DNA of 64,000 nucleotides. Source: Deltaproteobacteria bacterium. GTDB taxonomy: Bacteria > Desulfobacterota > Anaeroferrophillalia > Anaeroferrophillales > Tharpellaceae. The stretch spans positions 13,904-77,903 of the forward strand of contig JAFGVI010000026.1 of the NCBI GenBank assembly GCA_016938065.1, given 5' to 3'. The notes under the pieces are model-generated. The model did not search any database, was not told the origin of the DNA, and saw only the letters and a program-made list of their open reading frames with translations. Below are positions 37,909 to 47,304 of this stretch, piece by piece; position 1 is the first letter of the stretch; each line of letters opens with the position of its first letter. Position numbers and translations under genes: made by a program.

Positions 37909-39475
37909 CGCTCCCTTTACGCATATATTTATATTCAATCCCGTCAACCAAAGCCTGCCAGCTCGCCTCGATAATATTGGTCGACACCCCTACCGTTCCC
38001 CATTTGTTGCCCTGATCATCTTTCGATTCAATCAAAACCCGGGTAACTGAACTGGTGCCTTTGTCCGATGAAAGGATTCTGACTTTATAATCCTCCAGTT
38101 TGACTTTTTTCAGCTCCGGATAAAATTTTTCCAGGGCTTTGCGCAAAGCGCGATTCAGGGCGTCAACCGGACCTTCCCCGACTGAGGCGGTATGTTCGAT
38201 AACGCCGCCGACTTCAATCATGACCGTAGCCTCGGTCAGAGGAGGACGGTCATGCCTGAATTTATTGACCATGACGCGAAAACCCATAAAAGTGAAGATC
38301 GGCTTATAACTGCCGGTTGTCTTTTTGACCAGCAGTTCAAAGGAAGCTTCCGCCCCCTCGAACTGGAAACCTTTCTCCTCAAGATCTTTGATCCTGCGCA
38401 AGATCTCTTCCGTATCTTCCTGGCTGCCCAGATCAAGATCATACTCTCTGGCTTTATAGACGATATTGCTGCGACCGGAGAGATCGGAAACCAGAACCCG
38501 TCGTTTATTGCCGACCGCTTCCGGATCAATGTGCTCATAGGTCTGGGGATCTTTCTGCACCGCACTGACATGAATGCCGCCCTTATGAGCAAAAGCGCTG
38601 CGACCGACGAAAGGCATGTGTCGACTGTGCCGTTTATTGGCAATCTCATCAACATAACGGGATAATGAAGCAAGCTGAGACAATTTTTCCGGGTTAATAA
38701 TATTGTAACCCATCTTGATCTGGAGATTGGGTATGATTGAAGTCAGATTGGCATTGCCGCAACGTTCACCAAAACCGTTAATGGTTCCCTGCACCTGAGT
38801 AACGCCGTGACGGACCGCCAGCAGAGAACTGGCAACCGCCGTCTCGGAATCGTTGTGAACATGAATGCCTAAAGGGACATCCTTCCCCAGTACCTGACGG
38901 ACCGTATCGATGATGGCCGTAATTTCATCGGGCAGGGTGCCGCCGTTGGTATCGCAGAGAACCAGGCAGTGAGCTCCGCCCTGTTGTGCCGCTTTCAGGG
39001 TTGCCAGAGCATATTCGCGGTTATTTTTAAAACCGTCGAAAAAATGTTCCGCGTCATAAAAGACCTCAGCCATGTATTGCTTTAGAAAAGCCAGGGAATC
39101 TTCAATAACTAACAGATTTTCCGCTAATGTAATATGCAGAGCATTAAGAACATGAAAATCCCAGGCCTTGCCGAAGATGGTTGCCACCTGCACGCCGGAT
39201 TCAACAATCGCTTTAAGATTGAGATCATATTCAGCCTGATTTTCCAGTTTTCGCGTACTGCCGAAGGCCGTAACTCGGGCATTTTTGAGCTTAACTTCTT
39301 TAATTTTGTTGAAGAAGCTGAAATCCTTGGGGTTTGATCCCGGCCACCCGCCTTCGATGTAGTGAATACCGAAGTCATCCAGACGGCGAGCGATTCTGAC
39401 CTTATCATCAGCCAGCAGTGAGATATCCTCAGCCTGAGTTCCATCCCTTAACGTTGTATCATATATTTTTATCAT
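37871..39475 (-). CDS. cimA: (R)-citramalate synthase / 2-isopropylmalate synthase family (likely CimA)
   Basis: MIKIYDTTLRDGTQAEDISL start (DRE-TIM barrel). About 534 aa with a LeuA-type C-terminal regulatory domain. Sits next to lysC, as in the Geobacter citramalate-pathway organisation. Confidence 0.75.
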   Translation of the reverse strand: MIKIYDTTLRDGTQAEDISLLADDKVRIARRLDDFGIHYIEGGWPGSNPKDFSFFNKIKEVKLKNARVTAFGSTRKLENQAEYDLNLKAIVESGVQVATIFGKAWDFHVLNALHITLAENLLVIEDSLAFLKQYMAEVFYDAEHFFDGFKNNREYALATLKAAQQGGAHCLVLCDTNGGTLPDEITAIIDTVRQVLGKDVPLGIHVHNDSETAVASSLLAVRHGVTQVQGTINGFGERCGNANLTSIIPNLQIKMGYNIINPEKLSQLASLSRYVDEIANKRHSRHMPFVGRSAFAHKGGIHVSAVQKDPQTYEHIDPEAVGNKRRVLVSDLSGRSNIVYKAREYDLDLGSQEDTEEILRRIKDLEEKGFQFEGAEASFELLVKKTTGSYKPIFTFMGFRVMVNKFRHDRPPLTEATVMIEVGGVIEHTASVGEGPVDALNRALRKALEKFYPELKKVKLEDYKVRILSSDKGTSSVTRVLIESKDDQGNKWGTVGVSTNIIEASWQALVDGIEYKYMRKGSDDAISHSHPDYQ

Positions 39476-39517
39476 TAGGCACCGCAAAAATTAGTCAGTC
39501 ATCCGCCCTGCAAACCA

Positions 39518-40750
39518 TCAGCTCTCGTTTTTGCTCTCTTCAGCCAGATCAAACTCCTGATGCAGAACCCTTACCGCCAATTCCGTATATTTTTCAGCAA
39601 TAACACAGGAGACTTTGATCTCAGATGTACTGATCATCATGATATTTATATTTTCCCGAGCCAGAGCAGCAAACATACGCCCGGCAACATTGGCATGGGT
39701 CCGCATGCCGATACCGACAATTGAAACCTTGGCAATATTTTTATCACCATTGATCTCACGTGCCCCGATTTCCCGATTAACCTCGCGCAGTGACGCCAGA
39801 GCGTGATCGTAATCAAGTTTAGGTACAGTGAAGGTCAGATCAGTCAAGCCTTCAGCTGAGATATTCTGAATGATCATATCGACAACAATGCCTTGAGCCG
39901 CAATTGCCGTAAAAATTGAAGCGGCAATACCGGGACGATCCGGAATGCCGCAAATTGTAATTTTAGCCTCATTTTTGTTATAGGCGACACCGGAAACGAT
40001 GGCTTTTTCCATACCTTCTTCCTCCTTGCAGACAATGGTTCCCTGAGTAGTGGTAAAACTCGAACGAACATGGATGGGGATGCCGTGCTTTTTGGCAAAT
40101 TCTACTGAACGAATCTGTAAAACTTTGGCTCCGAGACTGGCCAGCTCAAGCATTTCATCATAAGATATTTTATCCAGTTTACGGGCCTGATCACAGATAT
40201 TGGGATCGGTCGTATAGATGCCGTCGACATCAGTATAAATTTCGCAGACATCCGCCTGCAGCGCTGCGGCAATGGCAACCGCGCTGGTGTCTGAACCGCC
40301 GCGACCCAGGGTGGTGATGTTGCCGTTCTCATCCACCCCCTGAAAACCGGCAACCACCACGATCTGCCCCTGCTGTAAAGATTTTTTAATGCGGTCGCCA
40401 TCAATATCGATAATGCGCGCGCGGCTGAAATCGTTGTCGGTACGGATACAAACCTGCGAGCCCAGATAGGAGATCGCTTTTTCTCCCAGGGTTTCGATCG
40501 CCATCGCCATCAGGGCAACCGAAACCTGCTCTCCGGAAGAGAGCAGAACGTCATGCTCACGACGATTATGTTCAGGATCGATCTCATTAGCCAGATTGAT
40601 CAGGCGGTCGGTCTCACCGGACATCGCTGACAAAACCACCACAACCTGATTATCCTCTTTTCTGGTGGCCACCGCTCGCCGCGCCACATTCATGATTCTC
40701 TCTATCGATCCAACCGAAGTACCACCATATTTCTGTATGACTAATCCCAT
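39518..40750 (-). CDS. lysC: Aspartate kinase (monofunctional, two ACT domains)
   Basis: 410 aa. Start MGLVIQKYGGTSVG. Confidence 0.9.
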   Translation of the reverse strand: MGLVIQKYGGTSVGSIERIMNVARRAVATRKEDNQVVVVLSAMSGETDRLINLANEIDPEHNRREHDVLLSSGEQVSVALMAMAIETLGEKAISYLGSQVCIRTDNDFSRARIIDIDGDRIKKSLQQGQIVVVAGFQGVDENGNITTLGRGGSDTSAVAIAAALQADVCEIYTDVDGIYTTDPNICDQARKLDKISYDEMLELASLGAKVLQIRSVEFAKKHGIPIHVRSSFTTTQGTIVCKEEEGMEKAIVSGVAYNKNEAKITICGIPDRPGIAASIFTAIAAQGIVVDMIIQNISAEGLTDLTFTVPKLDYDHALASLREVNREIGAREINGDKNIAKVSIVGIGMRTHANVAGRMFAALARENINIMMISTSEIKVSCVIAEKYTELAVRVLHQEFDLAEESKNES

Positions 40751-40968
40751 CTTGAAAAAACGCTACCCTCTCATGTTTGATAATTATAACAATGCGGTTT
40801 ACGACCATGCTTGCAGGTTTCTGCAAGTTAAGGTTCTCTCCAGTAATTAAAGCACCGAAACCCGGAGAGAAAGCCAAAAATAAAAAACTTTGTCTCCAGA
40901 ATCTCGGTGCTTTACAATCAGACTTGCCAGCGACTGAAAATTTAAATTTCCGACTCAGCGATTTTGCT

Positions 40969-42045
40969 TTATCCGGAAACTTTAATGGTATCAATCCAGT
41001 TATTGGTATCAGCCCTGGTTCCGTATTGAATGCCGGTTATTTCGTTGAAGAGTTTCTGCGAAAGTTCTCCGACTACGCCATGGTTGATAACGGCGCTGTC
41101 CTCTTTGTAATGGATGGAGCCGACCGGTGAAATGACCGCTGCGGTACCTGTACCGAACATCTCCTGTAAACGGCCGTTTTTGCCGGCCTGCATGACTTCG
41201 TCGATGCTGATCTGTTTTTCCAGCACAGGAATATGCCACTGTTCTAGAATCTTGATGGTTGAATCACGGGTCACGCCGGGCAGAATGCTGCCGTTCAGCG
41301 GAGGCGTGATGACTTGATCGTCAATCTTCACCATGATATTCATCGTGCCGACCTCTTCCAGCCACTTGAGTTCGTGAGCATCAAGCCAGAGTACTTGCGT
41401 AAAACCCTTTTCTTTGGCCCTTACGGCCGCCAGCAGGCTGGCGGCATAGTTGCCGGGAGTTTTGATCTCACCGATACCGCCGCGCACGGCCCGGACAAAC
41501 TGATCTTCCACCATAATTTTTACTGGATTGAATCCTTCAGCATAGTAGGCTCCTACCGGAGAGAGGATGATCATCAGTTTATAGGTGTGAGAAGGACGAA
41601 CTCCCAGAAACTGATCTGTCGCGAAAATAAACGGCCGAATATAAAGGGCCGTACCCAGCGCTGAAGGAACCCAGGCATTGTCGATTTCAAGCAGTTTTTT
41701 CAACCCGGCAAGCAACTCTTCCACATCAATTTCCGGAATACAGACCCTTCTGGCCGAGTTATTAAAACGCCGGAAATGGTCACGGGCGCGAAAAAGATTG
41801 ATATTGCCATCCGCGGCTCGAAAAGCTTTCATCCCTTCAAAGATCGCCTGACCGTAATGCAGAGCCATCATTGAAGGCTCGAATTGAACCGGACCATAAG
41901 GCTCAATACGGATATCGTGCCAGCCCTGCTCCAGATTGTAATCCATAACCAGCATATGATCGGTAAAATGCACCCCGAAACCGAGAGCGTCAGAGGCCGG
42001 AATTTGTTTTCGATTTTTACTTAGATTGACTGAGATGTTCGCCAT
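40969..42045 (-). CDS. ilvE: Branched-chain amino acid aminotransferase (class IV PLP)
   Basis: About 358 aa from MANISVNLSK. RBS AAGGA. Class-IV fold motifs (EGMKAF, NIMVKIDD). Confidence 0.85.
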   Translation of the reverse strand: MANISVNLSKNRKQIPASDALGFGVHFTDHMLVMDYNLEQGWHDIRIEPYGPVQFEPSMMALHYGQAIFEGMKAFRAADGNINLFRARDHFRRFNNSARRVCIPEIDVEELLAGLKKLLEIDNAWVPSALGTALYIRPFIFATDQFLGVRPSHTYKLMIILSPVGAYYAEGFNPVKIMVEDQFVRAVRGGIGEIKTPGNYAASLLAAVRAKEKGFTQVLWLDAHELKWLEEVGTMNIMVKIDDQVITPPLNGSILPGVTRDSTIKILEQWHIPVLEKQISIDEVMQAGKNGRLQEMFGTGTAAVISPVGSIHYKEDSAVINHGVVGELSQKLFNEITGIQYGTRADTNNWIDTIKVSG

Positions 42046-42079
42046 TGTTTGATCCTTGTACACGATAGATTTATAATTT

Positions 42080-42274
42080 TTAGAGTGCCGCCATAACAAT
42101 CCGGTGTTTAAGCAGGTCCATCTCCTTGATTGTCGCTTGAACTGTCAGACGATCTCCAAAGAGCCCAACCAGCTCCACCCCGCCTTCCTCTAAAGGGGTA
42201 ATCAGCGAAACATCTTCCATAAGAAGTTTTTCACCGCCAGCCTGATCGATAAGATAAGCATTTGATTGGCACAT
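42080..42274 (-). CDS. cooT: CooT-family nickel-binding protein (orphan)
   Basis: 64 aa. MCQSNAYLIDQAGGEKLLMEDVSLITPLEEGGVELVGLFGDRLTV shows the CooT-like Met-Cys N-terminus and beta-barrel pattern. Confidence 0.5.
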   Translation of the reverse strand: MCQSNAYLIDQAGGEKLLMEDVSLITPLEEGGVELVGLFGDRLTVQATIKEMDLLKHRIVMAAL

Positions 42275-42522
42275 AGTCCTTCAACTCCGTTTAATAAGTT
42301 ACAATTTTCAGGCGGTTTACACTGCCGGGCTGATGTTTTAAACGTTTTTCTTTATCACATCGGATTAGTTTAGTGCAAGCTTTGAGAAGCGCCAGGCTTT
42401 AAAATTTTATCGGCGGCGACAAGCGTTATCCGACACCGCCCGCGTTAGAGGTTGACAGCACCATAATAATCAAATAAAAAGAGGGAAATAGATAACATTA
42501 ACGATACATAGATGCCCTTGGG

Positions 42523-43866
42523 TTGCCAATGTTCAAAACCGCAGTTATTAATCTTGGTTGTCCGAAAAATGAGGTTGATGCCGAAAAACTTGTCTACCTC
42601 CTCTTGAAAGCGGGCTTTCCTCTTGTCACAGAACCGGAAGCTGCGGAAGTAATCATTGTCAACACCTGTGCTTTTATTCAACCAGCGGTCGAAGAAGCCG
42701 TCAACACGATTTTGCAACTTGCCGCATTCAAGGATAGCGGGCTTTGCCGACTCCTGGTCGTCTGCGGTTGTCTGCCACAAAGATACGGGGTTTCGCTGGC
42801 TCAGGAGATACCTGAAATCGACCTTCTGTTCGGAACTGCCGATTTCCATAAAATACCCGATGCGATAAAAAATTTTTCCCCCTCCCCCACTTCTGCTCAT
42901 CGGGCCGGCCTTATCACCCAACCCGACTACAGTTATCTGCACTCCGTGCCGCAGCACATTACGCCGCCTAACGCCTACAGTTATCTTAAAATTTCCGAAG
43001 GCTGCAACAATTGTTGCTCTTACTGCATGATACCATTCATCAAAGGACCGCAGCAGAGTGTGCCGCTTGCGACTCTTTTAACCCAGGCCCGCCGGATGAT
43101 AGCCGACGGTGTCTGCGAAATCAATCTGGTGGCTCAGGATATTACCGCCTACGGCAATGACCTTCCCGGAAAACCTCAACTTACGGAGCTGCTCAAAAAT
43201 TTACTTGAAATACCTTTTCTCGGCCGTCTCAGACTGCTCTATGCCTACCCTCACCGAATAACTCCGGCATTGATTGATTTGCTCGCCCGCGAAAAGCAGC
43301 TCTGCAACTATATCGATATTCCGATTCAACATATCAGCGATCCAATATTAACAGCCATGGGACGCCATGCGCGGGCTGAGGATATACGCTATACCCTGGA
43401 AACCATGAAAAACAGGATTCCTGATCTTTTTTTACGCAGCACCGTCATTGTCGGCTTTCCCGGTGAGAGTGATGACGATTTCAAAAAACTGCAGAATTTT
43501 ATCAATGAAGGTTTTTTTGACTACCTTGGTGTTTTTGCTTACTGGCCCGAGGAAGGCAGCCGGGCGGCCCAGTTTTCCAAGCAGATTCCCGAGGCGTTGA
43601 AAGAGGAGCGTTTACAGGCTATACTGGAAATTCAGCAGGGCCTGACGGAAAAACGTCTGCAGGCTGAAATCGGCAGAACCAGAGAAGTCCTGATTGAGGG
43701 TCTCAGCCAGGAGAGCGATCTTCTTCTGCAGGGAAGAACTGCCTTCCAGGCTCCGGAGATCGACGGAGTGACCTATATCACAGAAGGCGATGCCGCTCCC
43801 GGCACACTGGTCGATGTCGAAATTCATGACTGCCATGAATTTGATCTTTTTGCCCGCATCAAATAG
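42523..43866 (+). CDS. rimO: Ribosomal protein S12 methylthiotransferase (radical SAM, MiaB family)
   Basis: 447 aa. N-terminal MTTase domain (LGCPKN), radical-SAM CNNCCSYC motif and C-terminal TRAM domain. Confidence 0.85.
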   Translation: MPMFKTAVINLGCPKNEVDAEKLVYLLLKAGFPLVTEPEAAEVIIVNTCAFIQPAVEEAVNTILQLAAFKDSGLCRLLVVCGCLPQRYGVSLAQEIPEIDLLFGTADFHKIPDAIKNFSPSPTSAHRAGLITQPDYSYLHSVPQHITPPNAYSYLKISEGCNNCCSYCMIPFIKGPQQSVPLATLLTQARRMIADGVCEINLVAQDITAYGNDLPGKPQLTELLKNLLEIPFLGRLRLLYAYPHRITPALIDLLAREKQLCNYIDIPIQHISDPILTAMGRHARAEDIRYTLETMKNRIPDLFLRSTVIVGFPGESDDDFKKLQNFINEGFFDYLGVFAYWPEEGSRAAQFSKQIPEALKEERLQAILEIQQGLTEKRLQAEIGRTREVLIEGLSQESDLLLQGRTAFQAPEIDGVTYITEGDAAPGTLVDVEIHDCHEFDLFARIK

Positions 43867-43924
43867 CTCATCGATCAGCTTTCCCGGACCGGTGCCTGGC
43901 ATGAAAATAGCTTACTGATTACTT

Positions 43925-44668
43925 ATGTCAAATTTTGCTTATACCGAATTAACAGATGGAAAACAGGCCATTTTTGTCGATGATGAGTTTCTGCATCAGG
44001 TAAAAGTCTTGCGACAGCGTCCCGGGGATCAGATAAATTTTCTTGACGGTCGGGGCGGAGCCTATCAGGGGAAGATCAGCAAGATTGACAACCAGAAAAA
44101 AACATTAGCGGTTGAGATCACTGAATATACAGGATTTCCTCAGCCATTGCCCCTACAACTTCTGGTCGCCCTGCCGAAAGCAGCTAAAATCGATGCAATT
44201 ATTCAGAAAGCAGTTGAACTGGGTGTCTCCCGCATAACCCCTCTACTGACCGCCAGAACAATCGTGCGCATTGATTCACTGGAGAAACAGGAATCCCGTC
44301 ATCAGCATTGGCGAAATATTGCAGTTGCCAGCCTCAAGCAGTCCGGCGGCCCATATCTGCCGGTCATAGACCAGCCGACAAAGCTTATTGATCTTGATGG
44401 GATTAACCCTGCAGATTCTTCTATCGATAAAATAGTTTTTCACCCTCAAGCATCTCAACATTTTGCAGATACCGTGTGTCACCTCAACAAAGAGGCGGCT
44501 ACCGCGCTGCTGCTGGGGCCGGAAGGTGGTTTAAGCGAGGAGGAGATCGACTGTCTGACTCGGAAGGGCTATATGGCCAGCAGCCTGGGAAAACGGATTT
44601 TACGTCTTGAAACCGCAGTTGTCACAGCTCTTACTCTCGTGCAGTTTATTAAACGTAATCTTTGTTGA
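43925..44668 (+). CDS. rsmE: 16S rRNA (uracil1498-N3)-methyltransferase
   Basis: 247 aa. LLLGPEGGLSEEE motif. Confidence 0.8.
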   Translation: MSNFAYTELTDGKQAIFVDDEFLHQVKVLRQRPGDQINFLDGRGGAYQGKISKIDNQKKTLAVEITEYTGFPQPLPLQLLVALPKAAKIDAIIQKAVELGVSRITPLLTARTIVRIDSLEKQESRHQHWRNIAVASLKQSGGPYLPVIDQPTKLIDLDGINPADSSIDKIVFHPQASQHFADTVCHLNKEAATALLLGPEGGLSEEEIDCLTRKGYMASSLGKRILRLETAVVTALTLVQFIKRNLC

Positions 44669-44715
44669 ACACTCACCAATTTTTTTGTTTTACGCGACTT
44701 GACCAGGAGTTTTTT

Positions 44716-45432
44716 ATGAAGTGTCCTAAATGCGGGTATACCAGTTTTGACTATTTGCGGCAGTGCAAAAAATGCGGGGAAAGTCTCGATGAAAGCCGAC
44801 AGGCTCTAAATCTCAAGATGGGTGAACCAACCCTTTTTGCCGGACTGAAAGATGAACCTGCAAAAAAAACAGCTCTGACGCAAAAATCCAGCCACCCTTC
44901 CAATCCGGCTACGGTTTCTCCTCCTGATACGTCGACGCTTTTGACCAAATCTTCCGCTTTAACCTCTGCCGTAGAGCCAGCCTCAGCAAAAAACGGCGAG
45001 GCTGCTGTTTCCGGACTTGGTTTACTGGGCAATATGGAGAGTATACAACCCCGCCCCAACAGGAAATCCGGCATTGACGATTTACCGAATATAGAACTGG
45101 GAGAAAGCATAGCCGAACTTGATGGTTTAGAATTGACCCCAGATTTCAATGCCGACAGCAAGAGCGCCAAAGCCCCGGAAAATCAGGAAAAGAATAAATC
45201 AAAATTCGAATTGTTCGAAGTCGATGAGATCGCGGAAATTGTCGCACCCCGAAAAGAAAATATCCTGCAGGAAGATATCCCTTTTGAATTTTCGGCGAGT
45301 AATCTTGAGGAAATGAATCTTCCCAGTTCAGGCTCGGAACTTAATGATAAAGATCTGATTGAACTGGAGCTTGATATGGAAGACGATGAGAGTCTGGATC
45401 AGATCCTGGCCGACCTGCAGGCCAGAGAATGA
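44716..45432 (+). CDS. Zinc-ribbon protein with long acidic low-complexity tail, hypothetical
   Basis: MKCPKCGYTSFDYLRQCKKCGE (CxxC-x13-CxxC) followed by about 200 aa of Ser/Glu/Asp-rich, disordered-looking sequence. Internal start at 44716 (track ORF begins 44662). Confidence 0.4.
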   Translation: MKCPKCGYTSFDYLRQCKKCGESLDESRQALNLKMGEPTLFAGLKDEPAKKTALTQKSSHPSNPATVSPPDTSTLLTKSSALTSAVEPASAKNGEAAVSGLGLLGNMESIQPRPNRKSGIDDLPNIELGESIAELDGLELTPDFNADSKSAKAPENQEKNKSKFELFEVDEIAEIVAPRKENILQEDIPFEFSASNLEEMNLPSSGSELNDKDLIELELDMEDDESLDQILADLQARE

Positions 45433-45475
45433 AAAAGGGAGACAGGGCCTGCGCCTTGTCTCCCCGATTATTTTA
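45433..45475. terminator. Terminator hairpin between the convergent zinc-ribbon gene and the SPFH gene
   Basis: GGGAGACAGGGC-ctgc-GCCTTGTCTCCC (one mismatch), preceded by AAAA and followed by a T-rich stretch. Confidence 0.5.
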
Positions 45476-45560
45476 TGCTTTTTCCTATCTGCAGGCATCG
45501 ATCATCGTCGAGTGGTCGTTTTTCTTTTATCCTAACGACTGCCCTCCCATGTTCTGCACG

Positions 45561-46604
45561 CTACTGCGGGCCTGATGAGCTTGAAAGAGAGTTAATCCCC
45601 GCGGCTATCGCATCCAGTCCAGCACTTCCGCCGCAGTTCTCATTCTGTTGCGCCCAGGCTTCAGCCACGGAATCAGCTATGCGATAACGCAAAAAACGTT
45701 CGCCTTCGGGCCCGGAGAAAACTTTTGCCGTAGCTTCAATCTGCATCGCTTCAGCTTTTGCCTTACTGCGCACCAGCATCACCTCAGCTTTAATAGTCTC
45801 CGCCGTAACCCAATTTTTTGCTGCAGTTATTTGCGCTTCCGACGCCATAATGACGCTCTCTTTACGTGCCTCAGCCTCCTGCAAAGCAGCCAGTTTCCGA
45901 CCTTTAGCCGCCTCTTCCGCCTCCTGGGCGGCGACGATCGCCGCTTTCACTCTGACTTTATTGACCGCAATAGCTGCTTCCGCTTTTTTAATCTCTTCTA
46001 CCTTCTTCAGTAAGGCATCCGAAAAATTAAATTTATTGATTTTAAAAACAGTCAGCTCAAGACCCCGTTCAGCCAGCTGCTGATTGACCTCTTTTTTTAC
46101 AGACTCAAGATATTCAGTCTGTACCTGACCGTCCAGAAAAGTTTCGGCGGCGTAGTATGCAGCCCGTTCCTTAATCGTCGTTGTCGTGATTTCTGTTACC
46201 AGTTTATCAATATCGCCACCCCCGACACTGGCCAGACACAGACCCGCCTGCGCAGGAATAATACGATACCAGGTCGTAAAATCAGCGCTAACCGTATCAC
46301 CCTCTTTAGTCGTTAGCTTCAAACCTGAATTTTCACCACTGTCGGGATCAGATAAAGTCAGTTCTTTTTCACTGACCGCGATCCGGGCCAGGGTTGTCGT
46401 GATCGGGTTATAACCAGAGATGAACCAATAATGTTTTCCGGGGGCCAGAACGGTTAAATTAGCCCCCGCTTCAGTTTTACCAGTCATCACGACACCACGC
46501 TGATCGGCATCAATAACCGGGGCGAAATAGTAGCTTGCGGCAATCAAACCTGCCCCGCCTAAAACTACAACCAGCCCCACCAGCACTTTAATAACTCTGC
46601 TCAT
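45561..46604 (-). CDS. SPFH/Band-7 domain membrane protein with Ala/Glu-rich coiled-coil C-terminus
   Basis: 347 aa. N-terminal TM helix, SPFH-like core, and a long AEAAIAVNKVRVKAAIVAAQEAEEAAKGRKLAALQEAEARK coiled coil. Confidence 0.6.
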   Translation of the reverse strand: MSRVIKVLVGLVVVLGGAGLIAASYYFAPVIDADQRGVVMTGKTEAGANLTVLAPGKHYWFISGYNPITTTLARIAVSEKELTLSDPDSGENSGLKLTTKEGDTVSADFTTWYRIIPAQAGLCLASVGGGDIDKLVTEITTTTIKERAAYYAAETFLDGQVQTEYLESVKKEVNQQLAERGLELTVFKINKFNFSDALLKKVEEIKKAEAAIAVNKVRVKAAIVAAQEAEEAAKGRKLAALQEAEARKESVIMASEAQITAAKNWVTAETIKAEVMLVRSKAKAEAMQIEATAKVFSGPEGERFLRYRIADSVAEAWAQQNENCGGSAGLDAIAAGINSLSSSSGPQ

Positions 46605-46689
46605 AATCGATATATCCTTGATAAATATTGAAGAGACAAGTTCCTCTTAGCAAATCATCCCGTCTTCCGTCAACCTTTTCACGTTTATT

Positions 46690-47286
46690 TCAGATTTTTC
46701 CTTTTCCCTGGCGTACAACCTCATACTCATCTCCGGTTAAATCGATAATCGTTGATGATTCTGAGTCGATACTGCCGGCATCAAAAAGATAGCTGACCTC
46801 ATTTTGAAAGATATTCTTCAGAGACAAGACTGAATCACCCTGATTTGAAAAATCTTTAACGCTGACCGCCAGTAAAGCCGTGCCGAGTTCTGCGGTGATC
46901 CGCAGGCAAGCCGGATGTTGCGGAATTCTCACACCGACGGTTCGGCGTTTGGTGAGCACCATTTTAGGTACCAGACGGGAAGCTGAGAGGATAAAGGTAT
47001 AGGGCCCGGGAAGCAGATTCTTCATCATGCGATACGACGGATTGCTGACATTCGCATAGAGACTGATATCTTTTAAATCAGCGCACAAAAGCGTGATCTT
47101 CTTTTCATGCCGGCCGGTTTTCAAAGCATAAAGATTACTGATGCCTTTCTTACTGGCCAACGAGCAGACCGCGGCATAGTTGGTATCGGTCGGAATGATC
47201 GCCAGTTCACCCTGGCTTAAGGCCGCCAGAACCTGATGCAACTGGCGGGCTTTGGGCAAACCATCATATAGCTGAAGAATATCCAT
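46690..47286 (-). CDS. tsaC: L-threonylcarbamoyladenylate synthase (YrdC/TsaC family)
   Basis: 198 aa. YrdC fold motif ELAIIPTDTNYAAVC. Confidence 0.75.
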   Translation of the reverse strand: MDILQLYDGLPKARQLHQVLAALSQGELAIIPTDTNYAAVCSLASKKGISNLYALKTGRHEKKITLLCADLKDISLYANVSNPSYRMMKNLLPGPYTFILSASRLVPKMVLTKRRTVGVRIPQHPACLRITAELGTALLAVSVKDFSNQGDSVLSLKNIFQNEVSYLFDAGSIDSESSTIIDLTGDEYEVVRQGKGKI

Positions 47287-47304
47287 CCCTGAAAAATCAA
47301 CCCT

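Noticed and set aside
40751-40968. Lysine riboswitch (L-box) upstream of lysC
   Set aside because: GGUGC and UGGAGAG strings are present, but I could not reconstruct the five-helix L-box architecture by eye. It is kept only as a generic structured-leader finding.
42445-42957. 170-aa ORF on the minus strand
   Set aside because: It lies entirely antisense to the well-supported rimO gene and its upstream region. It has no recognisable motifs and an odd Gly/Arg-rich composition typical of antisense frames.
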